Under the pieces are notes generated by a model, which worked only from the letters and a program-made list of their open reading frames with translations, was not told where the DNA came from and did not search any database. A program made the position numbers and the translations under genes. Below are positions 29,308 through 39,957 of a stretch of 64,000 nucleotides of DNA, in pieces. The DNA comes from an uncultured bacterium (GTDB lineage: Bacteria; Bacillota_I; Bacilli_A; RF39; UBA660): positions 5,763 to 69,762 of the forward strand of contig CASEVQ010000002.1 in assembly GCA_949291455.1 (NCBI GenBank). The letters are read 5' to 3'. Numbering within the stretch: the first letter of the stretch is position 1; each line of letters opens with the position of its first letter.

Positions 29308-29703
29308 ATGAAAAAAGTAATGATTTGGATAATTCCATTGATTATTGGATTACTTCTTATAATTATAAGTTTGTTGTTATTTATTAATAGTAAAAAAGAA
29401 ACTCAATATGCATTAGTAAATGATACTATAAATGGAGGTATTTACATAGACTATCCTGTTAGAGATTTCAATGAATATGTTCTTAATGAAGGAGATACCT
29501 TCAATTTAACTTTTTCAAATGGATATGAAATAAATAATATCAAATATTATACAGATAAAGACATAATTGATGATAACATATATCTCCTAGGAGATGAAAA
29601 GAAAATATATATAAAAATTATATCTAGAAATAATGAAGATTTGTGGAAAAAAGCTAATTTGGATATAGATTCTACAGTTAGAATAGAAACTGTAAACAAA
29701 TAA
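29308..29703 (+). CDS. membrane-anchored hypothetical protein
   Basis: N-terminal TM helix; RBS AGAGGTGA; upstream TG-TATAAT-like promoter. Confidence 0.7.
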   Translation: MKKVMIWIIPLIIGLLLIIISLLLFINSKKETQYALVNDTINGGIYIDYPVRDFNEYVLNEGDTFNLTFSNGYEINNIKYYTDKDIIDDNIYLLGDEKKIYIKIISRNNEDLWKKANLDIDSTVRIETVNK

Positions 29704-29775
29704 ATATACTTTAAACATATTTAAAACACTAATATACATATCTTTATATTAATGATAAAATATTAATGATAAAAT

Positions 29776-30308
29776 ATAAGTGATCAAAGAGAAAAAATGA
29801 ATAGACAAAAAGTGATATACATGAAAATTAATAAGATTTTATTAATAGCATTAGCAATAACAACACTAACATCAGTAAGTAATATTTTTGCATTTTCTCA
29901 GTTTACATCTTTTAAATCAATATCAGGTTCAATTCCTGCATTTAACGGAAGCAAATCATGGACAAAACACTTAACACTTCAAGAAGGTGGATATGAAGGA
30001 CAAGCATTAGCAAGCGTAAGAATAAGTCCAAGTTCGGATACTCTTGACGTAATATTATATAGAACAAGCCAAAAAGCAACAATAAATGGAGGATGGAAAA
30101 TAATATCAAACGGGCAAGACACTGCACTAGCTTGGACAACTAATTGGGGATTTCCACCAGATGCTGACTATAAGTTAACAATTGATTCAAGATGGTATTA
30201 TACAAATTCAACTTCTGTCTCTGGACAATGGGGATTCTATAACAATTAATAATTAAAAAATAATAATCGATAATTAATAATAATTCATTTTTGTCTTTGA
30301 TCACTTAT
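29776..30308. repeat. about 26-bp inverted repeat bracketing the secreted-protein gene
   Basis: ATAAGTGATCAAAGAGAAAAAATGAAT (29776-29802) versus ATTCATTTTTGTCTTTGATCACTTAT (30283-30308). Confidence 0.85.
29821..30249 (+). CDS. secreted protein (possible bacteriocin-like or signalling protein)
   Basis: Sec signal peptide ending IFA; Trp/Gly/Ser-rich mature part; first gene of the ABC operon. An alternative start lies at 29797. Confidence 0.7.
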   Translation: MKINKILLIALAITTLTSVSNIFAFSQFTSFKSISGSIPAFNGSKSWTKHLTLQEGGYEGQALASVRISPSSDTLDVILYRTSQKATINGGWKIISNGQDTALAWTTNWGFPPDADYKLTIDSRWYYTNSTSVSGQWGFYNN

Positions 30309-30317
30309 GGAGGATGA

Positions 30318-31124
30318 ATGAAAAATAGAACTTTTTTAATTTATATCATATCAATTATTTTTTTATATGTGTTCAATATTATGTTATTTTTTATCTATAC
30401 AAGTGATAAATTATATCCATTTAAAAATGATGTTAATTGTTACTCGTTTTGGGAATATTCAACACACAACGGTTTATTAACAATTTTCATGTTCTTACTT
30501 CCTATAGCAATTTCTATTATTACAATTAAGAGTATCAATACGAAAATAAAAGGTTCATACTTTAGAAATTATATAATACGAGATAATTATAAAAAACTTA
30601 TAAAAAAAGAATATTTATTATGTTTGGTAAAAACAATACTTCCTTATGTTTTGATATCAACTATTATTTTTATATTAGGTTTTTTACTATTTAAGCACGA
30701 TATTACAAATATTAAATATGCTGATTTATATAGCAATTTTATTTATGATCCTATGTTTAACCCACTTACTTGTATTATTTTAGAAACAATCATAAGCATT
30801 TTCTTTTTTATACTAATAGTAAATATAGAATTAATTGTTTACAGATTTGTCAAAAAGCTTGGATTAACTATAATTTTCAGCTTCCTTTCACTAAATATTC
30901 TAAACTTTATTATTTCGTATTTTTTCAAAATTATATCAACAATAATTAAGAATAAATATTTCAATGAGGCTTTTTATTCATTCAATATTTATCATGGATT
31001 TATTGGAAGCAAATATATCATTTTTACTTTTATAATTTTCATTCTTTTATCTACAATCAGTTTTATTTTTTTAACAAAATTATATAAAAGTAAAGAAAGG
31101 ATGGTATTGGATTTTGAGCAATAA
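30318..31124 (+). CDS. ABC-type permease-like membrane protein
   Basis: About six TM segments; in an operon with an ABC ATPase. Confidence 0.75.
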   Translation: MKNRTFLIYIISIIFLYVFNIMLFFIYTSDKLYPFKNDVNCYSFWEYSTHNGLLTIFMFLLPIAISIITIKSINTKIKGSYFRNYIIRDNYKKLIKKEYLLCLVKTILPYVLISTIIFILGFLLFKHDITNIKYADLYSNFIYDPMFNPLTCIILETIISIFFFILIVNIELIVYRFVKKLGLTIIFSFLSLNILNFIISYFFKIISTIIKNKYFNEAFYSFNIYHGFIGSKYIIFTFIIFILLSTISFIFLTKLYKSKERMVLDFEQ

Positions 31125-31860
31125 AATAATAAGAATTCTAAGTACTAGAATAGAATATTATGCCCTAATTACATATTTGTTTTTTGGAACATTTGCTTTT
31201 ACAATATCATATGCAGATAATTCATACATAGATATATTATTATCGATGATCAATAATAAAATATTTTTGGTAGTCTTTATGCTACCTTCATTTGTTCTAT
31301 TTTGGAATATGATTATTAAATATTCAACAAACGATTATCAAACAATAATTAGAATGGGGAAAAGGAAAAATTATATTATTTTTTTATCAAAAGAATTAAC
31401 TAAAGCATCATGTTTATTGTTCTTTCAATATATAGTATTTCAATTGATATGCATCAATCTAACATCGCACACAAACATTTTTATATCAAATACTTATAAT
31501 TATAATGTGAATGATTTTGTTTTATACATTGTTTGTGTTATAAGACTTTTTTTGAATATTATTACAATTAAATATCTGTTTAGTTTTTTATACTTAAACA
31601 TCCAAAACAAAGAATATAGCATTTTTCTAATGTTTACTTTATTTATAATTATTTATTTTTGTAATCGACTATTCTTTATTAATAGCTTTTTAAATTACAT
31701 CAACATTGGATATCATTACTATGGAATAGATCTTACTAATAACATTTATGAATTAATAATATCGAACCTATTATTTAACTCTATATTATCAATTATTTTA
31801 ATTATTTTAATGAATAAAAAGATTAAAAAGATAAACTTTTATACTGGAAACAGGAGGTAA
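31114..31860 (+). CDS. ABC-type permease-like membrane protein
   Basis: About six TM segments; overlaps the previous gene. Confidence 0.75.
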   Translation: MSNKIIRILSTRIEYYALITYLFFGTFAFTISYADNSYIDILLSMINNKIFLVVFMLPSFVLFWNMIIKYSTNDYQTIIRMGKRKNYIIFLSKELTKASCLLFFQYIVFQLICINLTSHTNIFISNTYNYNVNDFVLYIVCVIRLFLNIITIKYLFSFLYLNIQNKEYSIFLMFTLFIIIYFCNRLFFINSFLNYINIGYHYYGIDLTNNIYELIISNLLFNSILSIILIILMNKKIKKINFYTGNRR

Positions 31861-31861
31861 T

Positions 31862-32497
31862 ATGATTACAGTTGAAACAAAAAATTTAACAAAAAAAATT
31901 GGAAATGAAATAATTTTAAAAGATGTTAATACAAAATTTGAAAACAAGAAGATATATGGTATTGTTGGACGAAATGGTTCTGGTAAAACTATGTTTTTAA
32001 AAAGTTTATGTGGTTTTTTAACACCAACAAGTGGTACTGTATTAATTAACCAAAAAGATATTTATAAAGAAGAAATGTTTTCGAATAATGTAGGAATTTC
32101 GTTTAGTAATAGTAATTATATAAAAGATCTAACAGGTTTTGAAAATTTAGAATTAATTGCTAACATAAAAAAACAGATATCTAAAGAAGACATAATTGAT
32201 GCTTTAAAAAAAGTAAACTTATTAAAAGAAAAAGATAAAAAATATGGTAAATATTCACTTGGAATGAAACAAAAACTTGATATAGCTCAAGCAATAATGG
32301 AAAAACCAGAGATTTTATTACTAGACGAACCATTCAATGGTTTAGATGACGAAAGTGTCAAATTAATTAAAAAATTAATTATAGACTTAAAAAATAGCGG
32401 AAATACAATTATTATTGCAACTCATATAAAAGACGACATTGAAAACTTCTGTGACGAAGTCATTAGATTCGATATGGGAACTATTGTTAATAAATAA
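31862..32497 (+). CDS. ABC transporter ATP-binding protein
   Basis: GRNGSGKT, YSLGMKQK, LLLDEPFNGLD, ATH. Confidence 0.95.
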   Translation: MITVETKNLTKKIGNEIILKDVNTKFENKKIYGIVGRNGSGKTMFLKSLCGFLTPTSGTVLINQKDIYKEEMFSNNVGISFSNSNYIKDLTGFENLELIANIKKQISKEDIIDALKKVNLLKEKDKKYGKYSLGMKQKLDIAQAIMEKPEILLLDEPFNGLDDESVKLIKKLIIDLKNSGNTIIIATHIKDDIENFCDEVIRFDMGTIVNK

Positions 32498-32593
32498 AAA
32501 ATTTAAATAAGCTCTTTAATAATTATTATGACATTAAATTTATTGTGGTACCCAAAAAGAAACACCATAAATGTCATTGACAAAAAAGATAAA

Positions 32594-32631
32594 AAAGAAT
32601 GTAATCTATTGCTAGACTACATTCTTTATTT
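32594..32631. terminator. terminator hairpin after the ABC operon
   Basis: AAAGAATGTAATCTA / TAGACTACATTCTTT. Confidence 0.6.
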
Positions 32632-33144
32632 CTAACCATTATTCACCAATTATTTTTTTATAATTTTGATAGTTTTTAAGCTTTGATTGATAAAATTAGA
32701 AATATGGATGTCAATAGGCTTCTTAATCATCTTTAGTAAAAAAATGTAATTAGTTATTGTTAATATTTTGCAAACAACTGCAAATACTTTGTAATTTAAA
32801 AATAACATTTTGAAATATGAAGCCTTTTTGTATTCGAAAACTTGAAAGCATAAAAAATTTTCATTGAATATAGTAAATTAATATGAGAAATGTGTTAGAA
32901 GAATGTTAAATACTAAAAAAATGAAAATTTGACTGATAGTTGTAAAAGAGTTACTTTACATTAAAAAATGTTTGGATAATAAGCAGAGATTTACCAATCA
33001 GAGATAGAATCTTTAGAAATTATTCCCCATTTTCCATTTCAAAAGAACGAACGATAAGTAATTTACATTATGAAGTTAAGATGTCTAAATATAAAATGTT
33101 AAAAATAAAAAAATTATCATTTCTAATAATTTCTTTATGTGATT

Positions 33145-33594
33145 TCAATTTAATGTAGAATAATTAAGTTTAATTGAAGTAACAATATTATTGCATTCTG
33201 AATCTCTGCATAAATCGAAATATAAATTGTCTTGATTTTCTAGTAAATTATCGATGTAATCATATCCATATTCTTTTTTGTTTGCATTTTTTCTTGAATA
33301 ATCATACATATTTAAAGAATTTCCTAAAACAATATGTTTCTCATCGTTTTGCAAGTAATAGAGATTTGCTGCAACAATGTTGTCATTAGTGTAATGAATA
33401 TTTGTACTATATGTTAATAAATTGCCATTGTTGTTTTGCATTATTATTATGTAAACATCAATATTATTTTCTTCATTTACATATTTTCCTGTGAAAAGAT
33501 ATTCTTTATCTACATCACTAAACAGTATAATACTTCCTAAGATGACAATTATGATAACCAAAACTGGAATTATCAATTTAATATGCTTGTTCAT
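33145..33594 (-). CDS. membrane-anchored hypothetical protein
   Basis: N-terminal TM helix; RBS AAAGGGA. Confidence 0.7.
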   Translation of the reverse strand: MNKHIKLIIPVLVIIIVILGSIILFSDVDKEYLFTGKYVNEENNIDVYIIIMQNNNGNLLTYSTNIHYTNDNIVAANLYYLQNDEKHIVLGNSLNMYDYSRKNANKKEYGYDYIDNLLENQDNLYFDLCRDSECNNIVTSIKLNYSTLN

Positions 33595-33767
33595 AATAGC
33601 TTTTCCCTTTCTTTTATTGAATTTATTATAACATGTATAGAATTAAATAGTAAATGTATATATTAGATTTTAAAAAATGGATTGTTATTTTAGACCAAAA
33701 AAACAAAATTTGACAAAATTATGATATAATTGTATAGAAGATTTATTCTTATATTGGAGGTAGTAAT

Positions 33768-36700
33768 ATGCCGGTAAAGAAAAGCGTGCTATATAGTAAA
33801 TTGTGGGATAGTTGTAATACATTAAGAAGTAAAGGTGGCATGGATGCTACTCAATATAAAGATTATGTATTAATTGTTTTATTCATGAAAGTTATTACAG
33901 ATAAGTATTATCATCAAAATGATTCTTTAATAGATGTTCCAGATGATGCAAATTTCAATACGATGATTTCTTTAAAAGGAAAGAAAAATATTGGAGAAGA
34001 GTTTAATAAAATACTCGCAAAGATAGCTGAAGAAAATGATTTACAAAATGTTATTGATGTTGTAGATTTTAATGATGAAAATAAACTTGGTAAAGGTAAG
34101 GATATGATAGAAGCATTAACTGGATTAGTCGAAGTATTTCAAGATCCCGAATTAGATTTTAGTAATAACAGAGCAGATGATAATGATGTATTAGGTGATG
34201 CTTATGAATACTTAATGAAAAAGTTTGCTTCAGAGGCAGGAAAAAGTAAAGGACAGTTCTATACTCCATCTGAAGTATCTAGAATTATGTCAAAGATTTT
34301 AAAAATATCTGAATCTAAAAAGAGCCCAATTGAAGTTTATGATATGACGTGTGGTTCAGGATCACTATTAATTAAAGCTGGTGATGAAACACCTGAAAAT
34401 TTAAAAGTGTACTTGTATGGTCAAGAAAAAGATACTAATACTGCTGGCCTTTGCGTTATGAATATGTTTTTACATGGAAATGCAACTGCACAAATAAAAG
34501 TCGGAAATACTTTAACAAATCCTCAGTTCTTAGAAAATAGAAAAGTAAGAACGTTTGATTTTTGTGTTGCCAACCCACCATTTTCAGTAAAAAAATGGAA
34601 TACAGATTTAACTACAGATAATAATTATGACAGATTTACTGGTTTTGGAACTCCCCCAAACAATTGTGGTGATTATGCATTTTTACTTCATATGTTAAAA
34701 TCTATGGATCCAGTAACTGGTAGAGGTGCCATTATTCTTCCTCATGGAGTTTTATTCAGAGGTGGCCAAGAAGAATTAATTAGAAAGAATTTATTAAAGA
34801 GCGGATTTATTGAGGGAATTATAGGATTACCATCTAACTTATTTTATGGTACAGGTATCCCTGCTTGTATAATAATCCTCGATAAAAAAGATGCTAATGA
34901 TAGAAAAAATGTTTTCATGATTGATGCAAGTAAATTTTTCGTTAAAGATGGTAATAAAAATAGGTTAAGAGAAGAAGATATTAGAAAGATTACTGATACA
35001 TATTTAAACAAAACTGAAATTGAACATTATTCAAAAAATGTGTTAATAACTGATATTGAAAAAGAAGAATACAATTTAAATATTCCAAGATACATTGATT
35101 CTTCTGATGAAGAAGTTATTCAGGATATTAAGGCTCATTTGTTTGGTGGCATTCCAAAGGCAAACATTGATAAATTGTCTGAATATTGGGATATAGCACC
35201 TAAACTAAAAAATAAATTATTTAATAATAATGAAAGAGATGGTTATTTAGATTTGATGGTTGATAAAGATTCTATTAATGAAGAAATAACTAACTCTGAA
35301 GAATTTATTAATTATTCTGTAGAATTGAGTAAAAAAGTTAATTCATGGGAACAAGATAATAAAAACGTATTATATTCAATATCTAAAAACAGTAGAGCAA
35401 AAGATATAATAAATATTTTAGCTGATACAATTTTGAAAGATTTTACTGATGGTAAATTAATTGACAAATATGAAGCATATGAATTTTTAATGGAATATTA
35501 TAATGACACAATGAAAGATGACATTTATTTAATTATTGAAAACGGTTGGATTCCCAAAATAGTTTACGCACAAGATAAAAAAGGAAAAATAAAAGAGAAC
35601 GAATTTGATTCTGACTTATTACCAAAAGAAATAGTTATAAATGAATATTTTAAGAATGAAAATGATAATATCGTAAAATTAAATAATGACTTAAACGATT
35701 TGTCTCAAGAATTTGATTCAATGGTAGAAGAAAACACTGGTGATGAGGAAATCTTTAATGATGAAGATAAAGTTAGTGAAAAATTGATTAAAGATAAAAT
35801 TAAAGAAGAGTCTGATGAAAATATTGCTATATTAAACAAATTGCTTGAAAATTTATCTTTTCAAAAAGAAATAAAGAATAATATAAAAAAATATCAAAAA
35901 GCATTAAATATATTAATTATCGATAAATATAATTCGCTTGATGAAGATACTTCAAAAGATTTAATAATTATTAAAAAATGGTTTAAATCAATTGAAAGAA
36001 CATTCAATGATAAATATGAAGACTTGATTTATGACTTATCAAATAAAATAATAAATGAATATGAAAATTATGAGAACACGTTAAGTCAACTTTCTGAAAA
36101 AACATCTAATTTAGAATCTTTGGTGTTAAAAGATTTAGAGAGGATGGATTTTGAATCCAACAAGCAAAAATTATTAAACAACAAGAAACGAAATGGAAAA
36201 TGGAAAAATGTAAAAATTGGAGATATAGGCGTTTTTGATGGTAATGGTGTTGATAAAACAATCAATGAAAAAGAAAAAAAAGTTCGCCTATTGAATTATA
36301 TGGATATAATGCATAATGATTTTATTTATGATAATATGAGTAAACATTTTGTAACAGCCTCTGAAAGAAAATATAATAAATGCTTAGTAAAAAAAGGGGA
36401 TATATTTTTAACTCCATCTTCAGAAACCAGAAAAGATATTGGTGTCAGTGCTGTTGCTTTAGAAGACAGTGATGATCTTGTGTACAGTTATCATATTGTA
36501 AGGTTTAGACCAACTATTGATATGGATATGAAGTTTAGAGCTTATTTATTTCAGAATCAAAAATTTTTAAATCAAGCATCTAAATATTGTGAGGGTAGTG
36601 GTAAAAGATATGTTTGTTCAAATAAAAAATTTGCATCATTTGAATTGGAAATACCTTTGGATATAAATGAACAAGCTGAAATTGGAAGAGTTTTATATGA

Positions 36701-36821
36701 TATGGAATCAGAAATAGAAATATTGAAAGAAAAACTTTCAAAGTATCAAAAAATAAAAGAAGCCATGATGGAGGACTTATTAACTGGCAAAGTGAGGTTA
36801 AGTTATGAGCAGGATAAATGA
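33768..36821 (+). CDS. hsdM: Type I R-M methyltransferase HsdM fused to a half HsdS (one TRD)
   Basis: GQFYTP, YDMTCGSGSLL, VANPPF, NLNIPRY; the C-terminal ~215 aa is W..VKIGD...KKGDIFL...IPLDINEQAEIG...MMEDLLTGKVRL, an HsdS TRD plus conserved helix. Confidence 0.92.
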   Translation: MPVKKSVLYSKLWDSCNTLRSKGGMDATQYKDYVLIVLFMKVITDKYYHQNDSLIDVPDDANFNTMISLKGKKNIGEEFNKILAKIAEENDLQNVIDVVDFNDENKLGKGKDMIEALTGLVEVFQDPELDFSNNRADDNDVLGDAYEYLMKKFASEAGKSKGQFYTPSEVSRIMSKILKISESKKSPIEVYDMTCGSGSLLIKAGDETPENLKVYLYGQEKDTNTAGLCVMNMFLHGNATAQIKVGNTLTNPQFLENRKVRTFDFCVANPPFSVKKWNTDLTTDNNYDRFTGFGTPPNNCGDYAFLLHMLKSMDPVTGRGAIILPHGVLFRGGQEELIRKNLLKSGFIEGIIGLPSNLFYGTGIPACIIILDKKDANDRKNVFMIDASKFFVKDGNKNRLREEDIRKITDTYLNKTEIEHYSKNVLITDIEKEEYNLNIPRYIDSSDEEVIQDIKAHLFGGIPKANIDKLSEYWDIAPKLKNKLFNNNERDGYLDLMVDKDSINEEITNSEEFINYSVELSKKVNSWEQDNKNVLYSISKNSRAKDIINILADTILKDFTDGKLIDKYEAYEFLMEYYNDTMKDDIYLIIENGWIPKIVYAQDKKGKIKENEFDSDLLPKEIVINEYFKNENDNIVKLNNDLNDLSQEFDSMVEENTGDEEIFNDEDKVSEKLIKDKIKEESDENIAILNKLLENLSFQKEIKNNIKKYQKALNILIIDKYNSLDEDTSKDLIIIKKWFKSIERTFNDKYEDLIYDLSNKIINEYENYENTLSQLSEKTSNLESLVLKDLERMDFESNKQKLLNNKKRNGKWKNVKIGDIGVFDGNGVDKTINEKEKKVRLLNYMDIMHNDFIYDNMSKHFVTASERKYNKCLVKKGDIFLTPSSETRKDIGVSAVALEDSDDLVYSYHIVRFRPTIDMDMKFRAYLFQNQKFLNQASKYCEGSGKRYVCSNKKFASFELEIPLDINEQAEIGRVLYDMESEIEILKEKLSKYQKIKEAMMEDLLTGKVRLSYEQDK

Positions 36822-39800
36822 ATTAGAAGTAAAAACTCAAGAAAGATTATTACATAAAGTGTTTGAAGAAAAACTTGATTATACTTATCTTGGTAATTTT
36901 GAAGATAGAGAAAATAATTCAAATATTGAAGAAGAATTACTTTTTAAATTTTTAATAAAGAAATATCCTGAAGAATTAGCTCGTAAAGCAATTGCAGAGT
37001 TAAAAAAGGTGGCTCATAATGAAACTAAATCATTATATGAAGTTAATAAAGAAGTTTATGAGTTATTAAAATATGGTAAAGGTATTACTCTTTATGTAGG
37101 TCAAAAGGAAGAAAAAATATATTTTATAGATTACGATAATTTTGATAATAATGGTTTTTATGTTGCAGAAGAAGTAACTTATAGAGGTCAAAATGAGAAA
37201 AGACCAGATATAGTTGTTTACATAAATGGTATTGCTATTGGTGTAATTGAATTAAAAAGAAGTACTGTCTCTATAAATGAGGGAATAAGGCAAAATCTTG
37301 ATAATCAAAAGCCTATATTTATTGAAAGATTTTTTACAACAATTCAATTTATTGTAGCAGGGAATGATTCAGAAGGTTTAAAATATGCAACAACATTAAC
37401 TCCGGCAAAATATTATTTGCCATGGATTGAGGATTATAAAGCTATAGGAAAGTTACATGAAAAAGTAAATAATCTTATTGATAAAAATGACTTGTTGATA
37501 GATCAACAAATATCATCATTATTTGAAAAGGAAAGATTGCTTGATTTATTGGATAATTTTATTGTATTTGATGGTGGTATTAAAAAAGTGCCAAGATATA
37601 ATCAATATTTCGGTGTAACAAATGCCAGGGAATTTGCAATGAAACATGAGGGAGGAATACTATGGCATACTCAGGGATCAGGCAAATCATTGTCAATGGT
37701 CTTAATTGCAAAATGGATATTATCCCATATTGCTAATTCAAGAGTATTAGTATTCACTGATAGAAAAGAATTGGATAAGCAAATTAAAGATGTGTTTGAA
37801 AATGTTGGAGAAAAGATTCATAGAGCAACAAGTGGTAGCGATTTATTGCAATCTTTAAATGAATATTCAAAAGGCAGATTAATATGTTCTTTAATACATA
37901 AAGTAGGGAGTTTTGTAGATGAAGAGTCAGATAAAAATTATTCTGAATATGTAAAAGAACTAACAAAATATAAAAACGAAAATTTTTTAGCAAAAGGAGA
38001 TCTATATGTATTTGTAGATGAATGCCATAGAACTCAAGCAGGTTTATTACATGATGAAATGAAACGATTATTACCTAATGCAACATTCTTTGGTTTTACA
38101 GGAACACCATTGATGAAGAAATCAAAGGCAACTACATTAGAAAAATTTGGTAAATATATTCATACATATAAATTCGATCAAGCAGTAAAAGATGGTATTG
38201 TTGTTGATCTATGTTATGAATCAAGAAATATAGAACAAAGAATAAATAATAAAGCTAAAATTGATGAATGGTTTGAAGCTAAAACTGCTGGATTAAATGA
38301 ATATGCAAAACAAAAGCTTAAAGAAAGATGGGGAAATCTTCAAAGTATTACTAGCTCTGGTAGTAGATTAGAAGAAATTGTTAAGGATATTATCTTTGAT
38401 TTTGAAAAGATACCTAGACTTGAACAATGTAAGGGAACTGCTATGTTAGTAGCAAGTTCAATATATGAAGCTTGTAGATATTGGGAAATTTTTCAATCAA
38501 AAGGATTTGATAAATGTGCAATAATATCATCATACTCACCATATATAGCTGATATAAAGGGTGAAGAAGATGGTGAATTTACAATATCTGATAAGCAAAA
38601 AATCTTTGAAGTATATGATAAAATGTGGAATAAAAATAAATACTCTAAATTAAGAAGTGATAATGAATATGATGATTATACTCAATGCTTTGAAGACGAT
38701 GCAATTCATAAGTTTATTAATAGTCCATCAGAAATGAAAGTACTTATAGTTGTGGATAGACTTTTAACAGGTTTTGATGCTCCTTCTGCAACATATTTAT
38801 ATATTGACAAGAAAATGCAAGATCACGGTTTATTTCAAGCTATATGCCGTGTAAACAGGCTTGATTCAGGCAAAGATTTAGGATATATAGTTGACTATAA
38901 AGATTTGTTTGAAAATATTGAGGGTGCTGTAGAAGATTATACTAATGGTGCATTTGATAATTTTGATAAAGACGATATTACTGGGTTATTGAAAGATAGA
39001 TTAAAATTCGGTAGTGAAAGATTAAATAACGCATTAAGAAAAATTAAATCAATATGTGAACCTGTTGAAAATCCTAAAGGAACACTTGAATTTTTACATT
39101 ACTTTGTTGCTGAAGATTTAGATACTATAAGTGAATCTAGAGAAGATAATTTAAAAAATACTGAAGCAAAAAGAGTTGAATTTTATGATGCCGTATCTGA
39201 TCTTGTTATTGCGTACACTAATATTGCTGATGAGATGACTAAAGCCGGTTACACAAAAGAAGAAATACAACAAATAAAAGAAAATGTTAATTTCTATAAT
39301 AATGCTAGAGATGAAGTTATGAAATCGGCTGGAGATTATATTGAACTTAAGAACTATGATAGTTCAATGAGGTATATGATTGATAATTATATAGGTGCTG
39401 AAACATCAGAATCTCAATATAAATTAGATGAAGCAACATTATTAGACGTGATAGTTGCAAGTGGATTAGATAAGGCAACTGAATCAATGCCTAAATCATT
39501 TAAGAAAAATAAAAAAGCAATGGCTTTAGCAATAGAAAATAATATTGCTTCAACTATTATAAATAATCAAAATCAAAATCCTAGATATTATAGTAAAATG
39601 TCAGAACTTTTAAGTAAATTAATTGAACTAAAAAAGGAGCAAAATCTTGATTATCAAGCTTACTTAGAAAAATTAATTGAACTTGTTAAAAAGGTTAAAA
39701 AGCCAGAATTAAGTGGTCAATATCCTAAATCAATTCATAATGCAAGATTAAGAGGATTATTCGATATTTTGGATAGAAATGAAGAAGAAACACTTGACCT

Positions 39801-39951
39801 TTATAATATTTTAACTAATAATGTACCTAAAGACTTCATGGATTCAAAGATGAAACAAAGAGAATTAAAACTATTATTATCCGTAAAATTAAATGATAAT
39901 TCTAAAGTAGAAGAAATCTTTAACCTATGGAAAAATACAAGAGGGTGTTAG
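36805..39951 (+). CDS. hsdR: Type I restriction endonuclease subunit R
   Basis: RPDIVVYINGIAIGVIELK, WHTQGSGKS, DECHR, GFTGTP, LLTGFDAP, QAICRVNR. Confidence 0.97.
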   Translation: MSRINELEVKTQERLLHKVFEEKLDYTYLGNFEDRENNSNIEEELLFKFLIKKYPEELARKAIAELKKVAHNETKSLYEVNKEVYELLKYGKGITLYVGQKEEKIYFIDYDNFDNNGFYVAEEVTYRGQNEKRPDIVVYINGIAIGVIELKRSTVSINEGIRQNLDNQKPIFIERFFTTIQFIVAGNDSEGLKYATTLTPAKYYLPWIEDYKAIGKLHEKVNNLIDKNDLLIDQQISSLFEKERLLDLLDNFIVFDGGIKKVPRYNQYFGVTNAREFAMKHEGGILWHTQGSGKSLSMVLIAKWILSHIANSRVLVFTDRKELDKQIKDVFENVGEKIHRATSGSDLLQSLNEYSKGRLICSLIHKVGSFVDEESDKNYSEYVKELTKYKNENFLAKGDLYVFVDECHRTQAGLLHDEMKRLLPNATFFGFTGTPLMKKSKATTLEKFGKYIHTYKFDQAVKDGIVVDLCYESRNIEQRINNKAKIDEWFEAKTAGLNEYAKQKLKERWGNLQSITSSGSRLEEIVKDIIFDFEKIPRLEQCKGTAMLVASSIYEACRYWEIFQSKGFDKCAIISSYSPYIADIKGEEDGEFTISDKQKIFEVYDKMWNKNKYSKLRSDNEYDDYTQCFEDDAIHKFINSPSEMKVLIVVDRLLTGFDAPSATYLYIDKKMQDHGLFQAICRVNRLDSGKDLGYIVDYKDLFENIEGAVEDYTNGAFDNFDKDDITGLLKDRLKFGSERLNNALRKIKSICEPVENPKGTLEFLHYFVAEDLDTISESREDNLKNTEAKRVEFYDAVSDLVIAYTNIADEMTKAGYTKEEIQQIKENVNFYNNARDEVMKSAGDYIELKNYDSSMRYMIDNYIGAETSESQYKLDEATLLDVIVASGLDKATESMPKSFKKNKKAMALAIENNIASTIINNQNQNPRYYSKMSELLSKLIELKKEQNLDYQAYLEKLIELVKKVKKPELSGQYPKSIHNARLRGLFDILDRNEEETLDLYNILTNNVPKDFMDSKMKQRELKLLLSVKLNDNSKVEEIFNLWKNTRGC

Positions 39952-39957
39952 ATACAA

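Noticed and set aside
32530-33110. Possible IS-end fragments and a decayed ORF after the ABC operon (similar fragment near 44838-44858)
   Set aside because: Too degraded: no transposase and no matching pair of ends that I can support.
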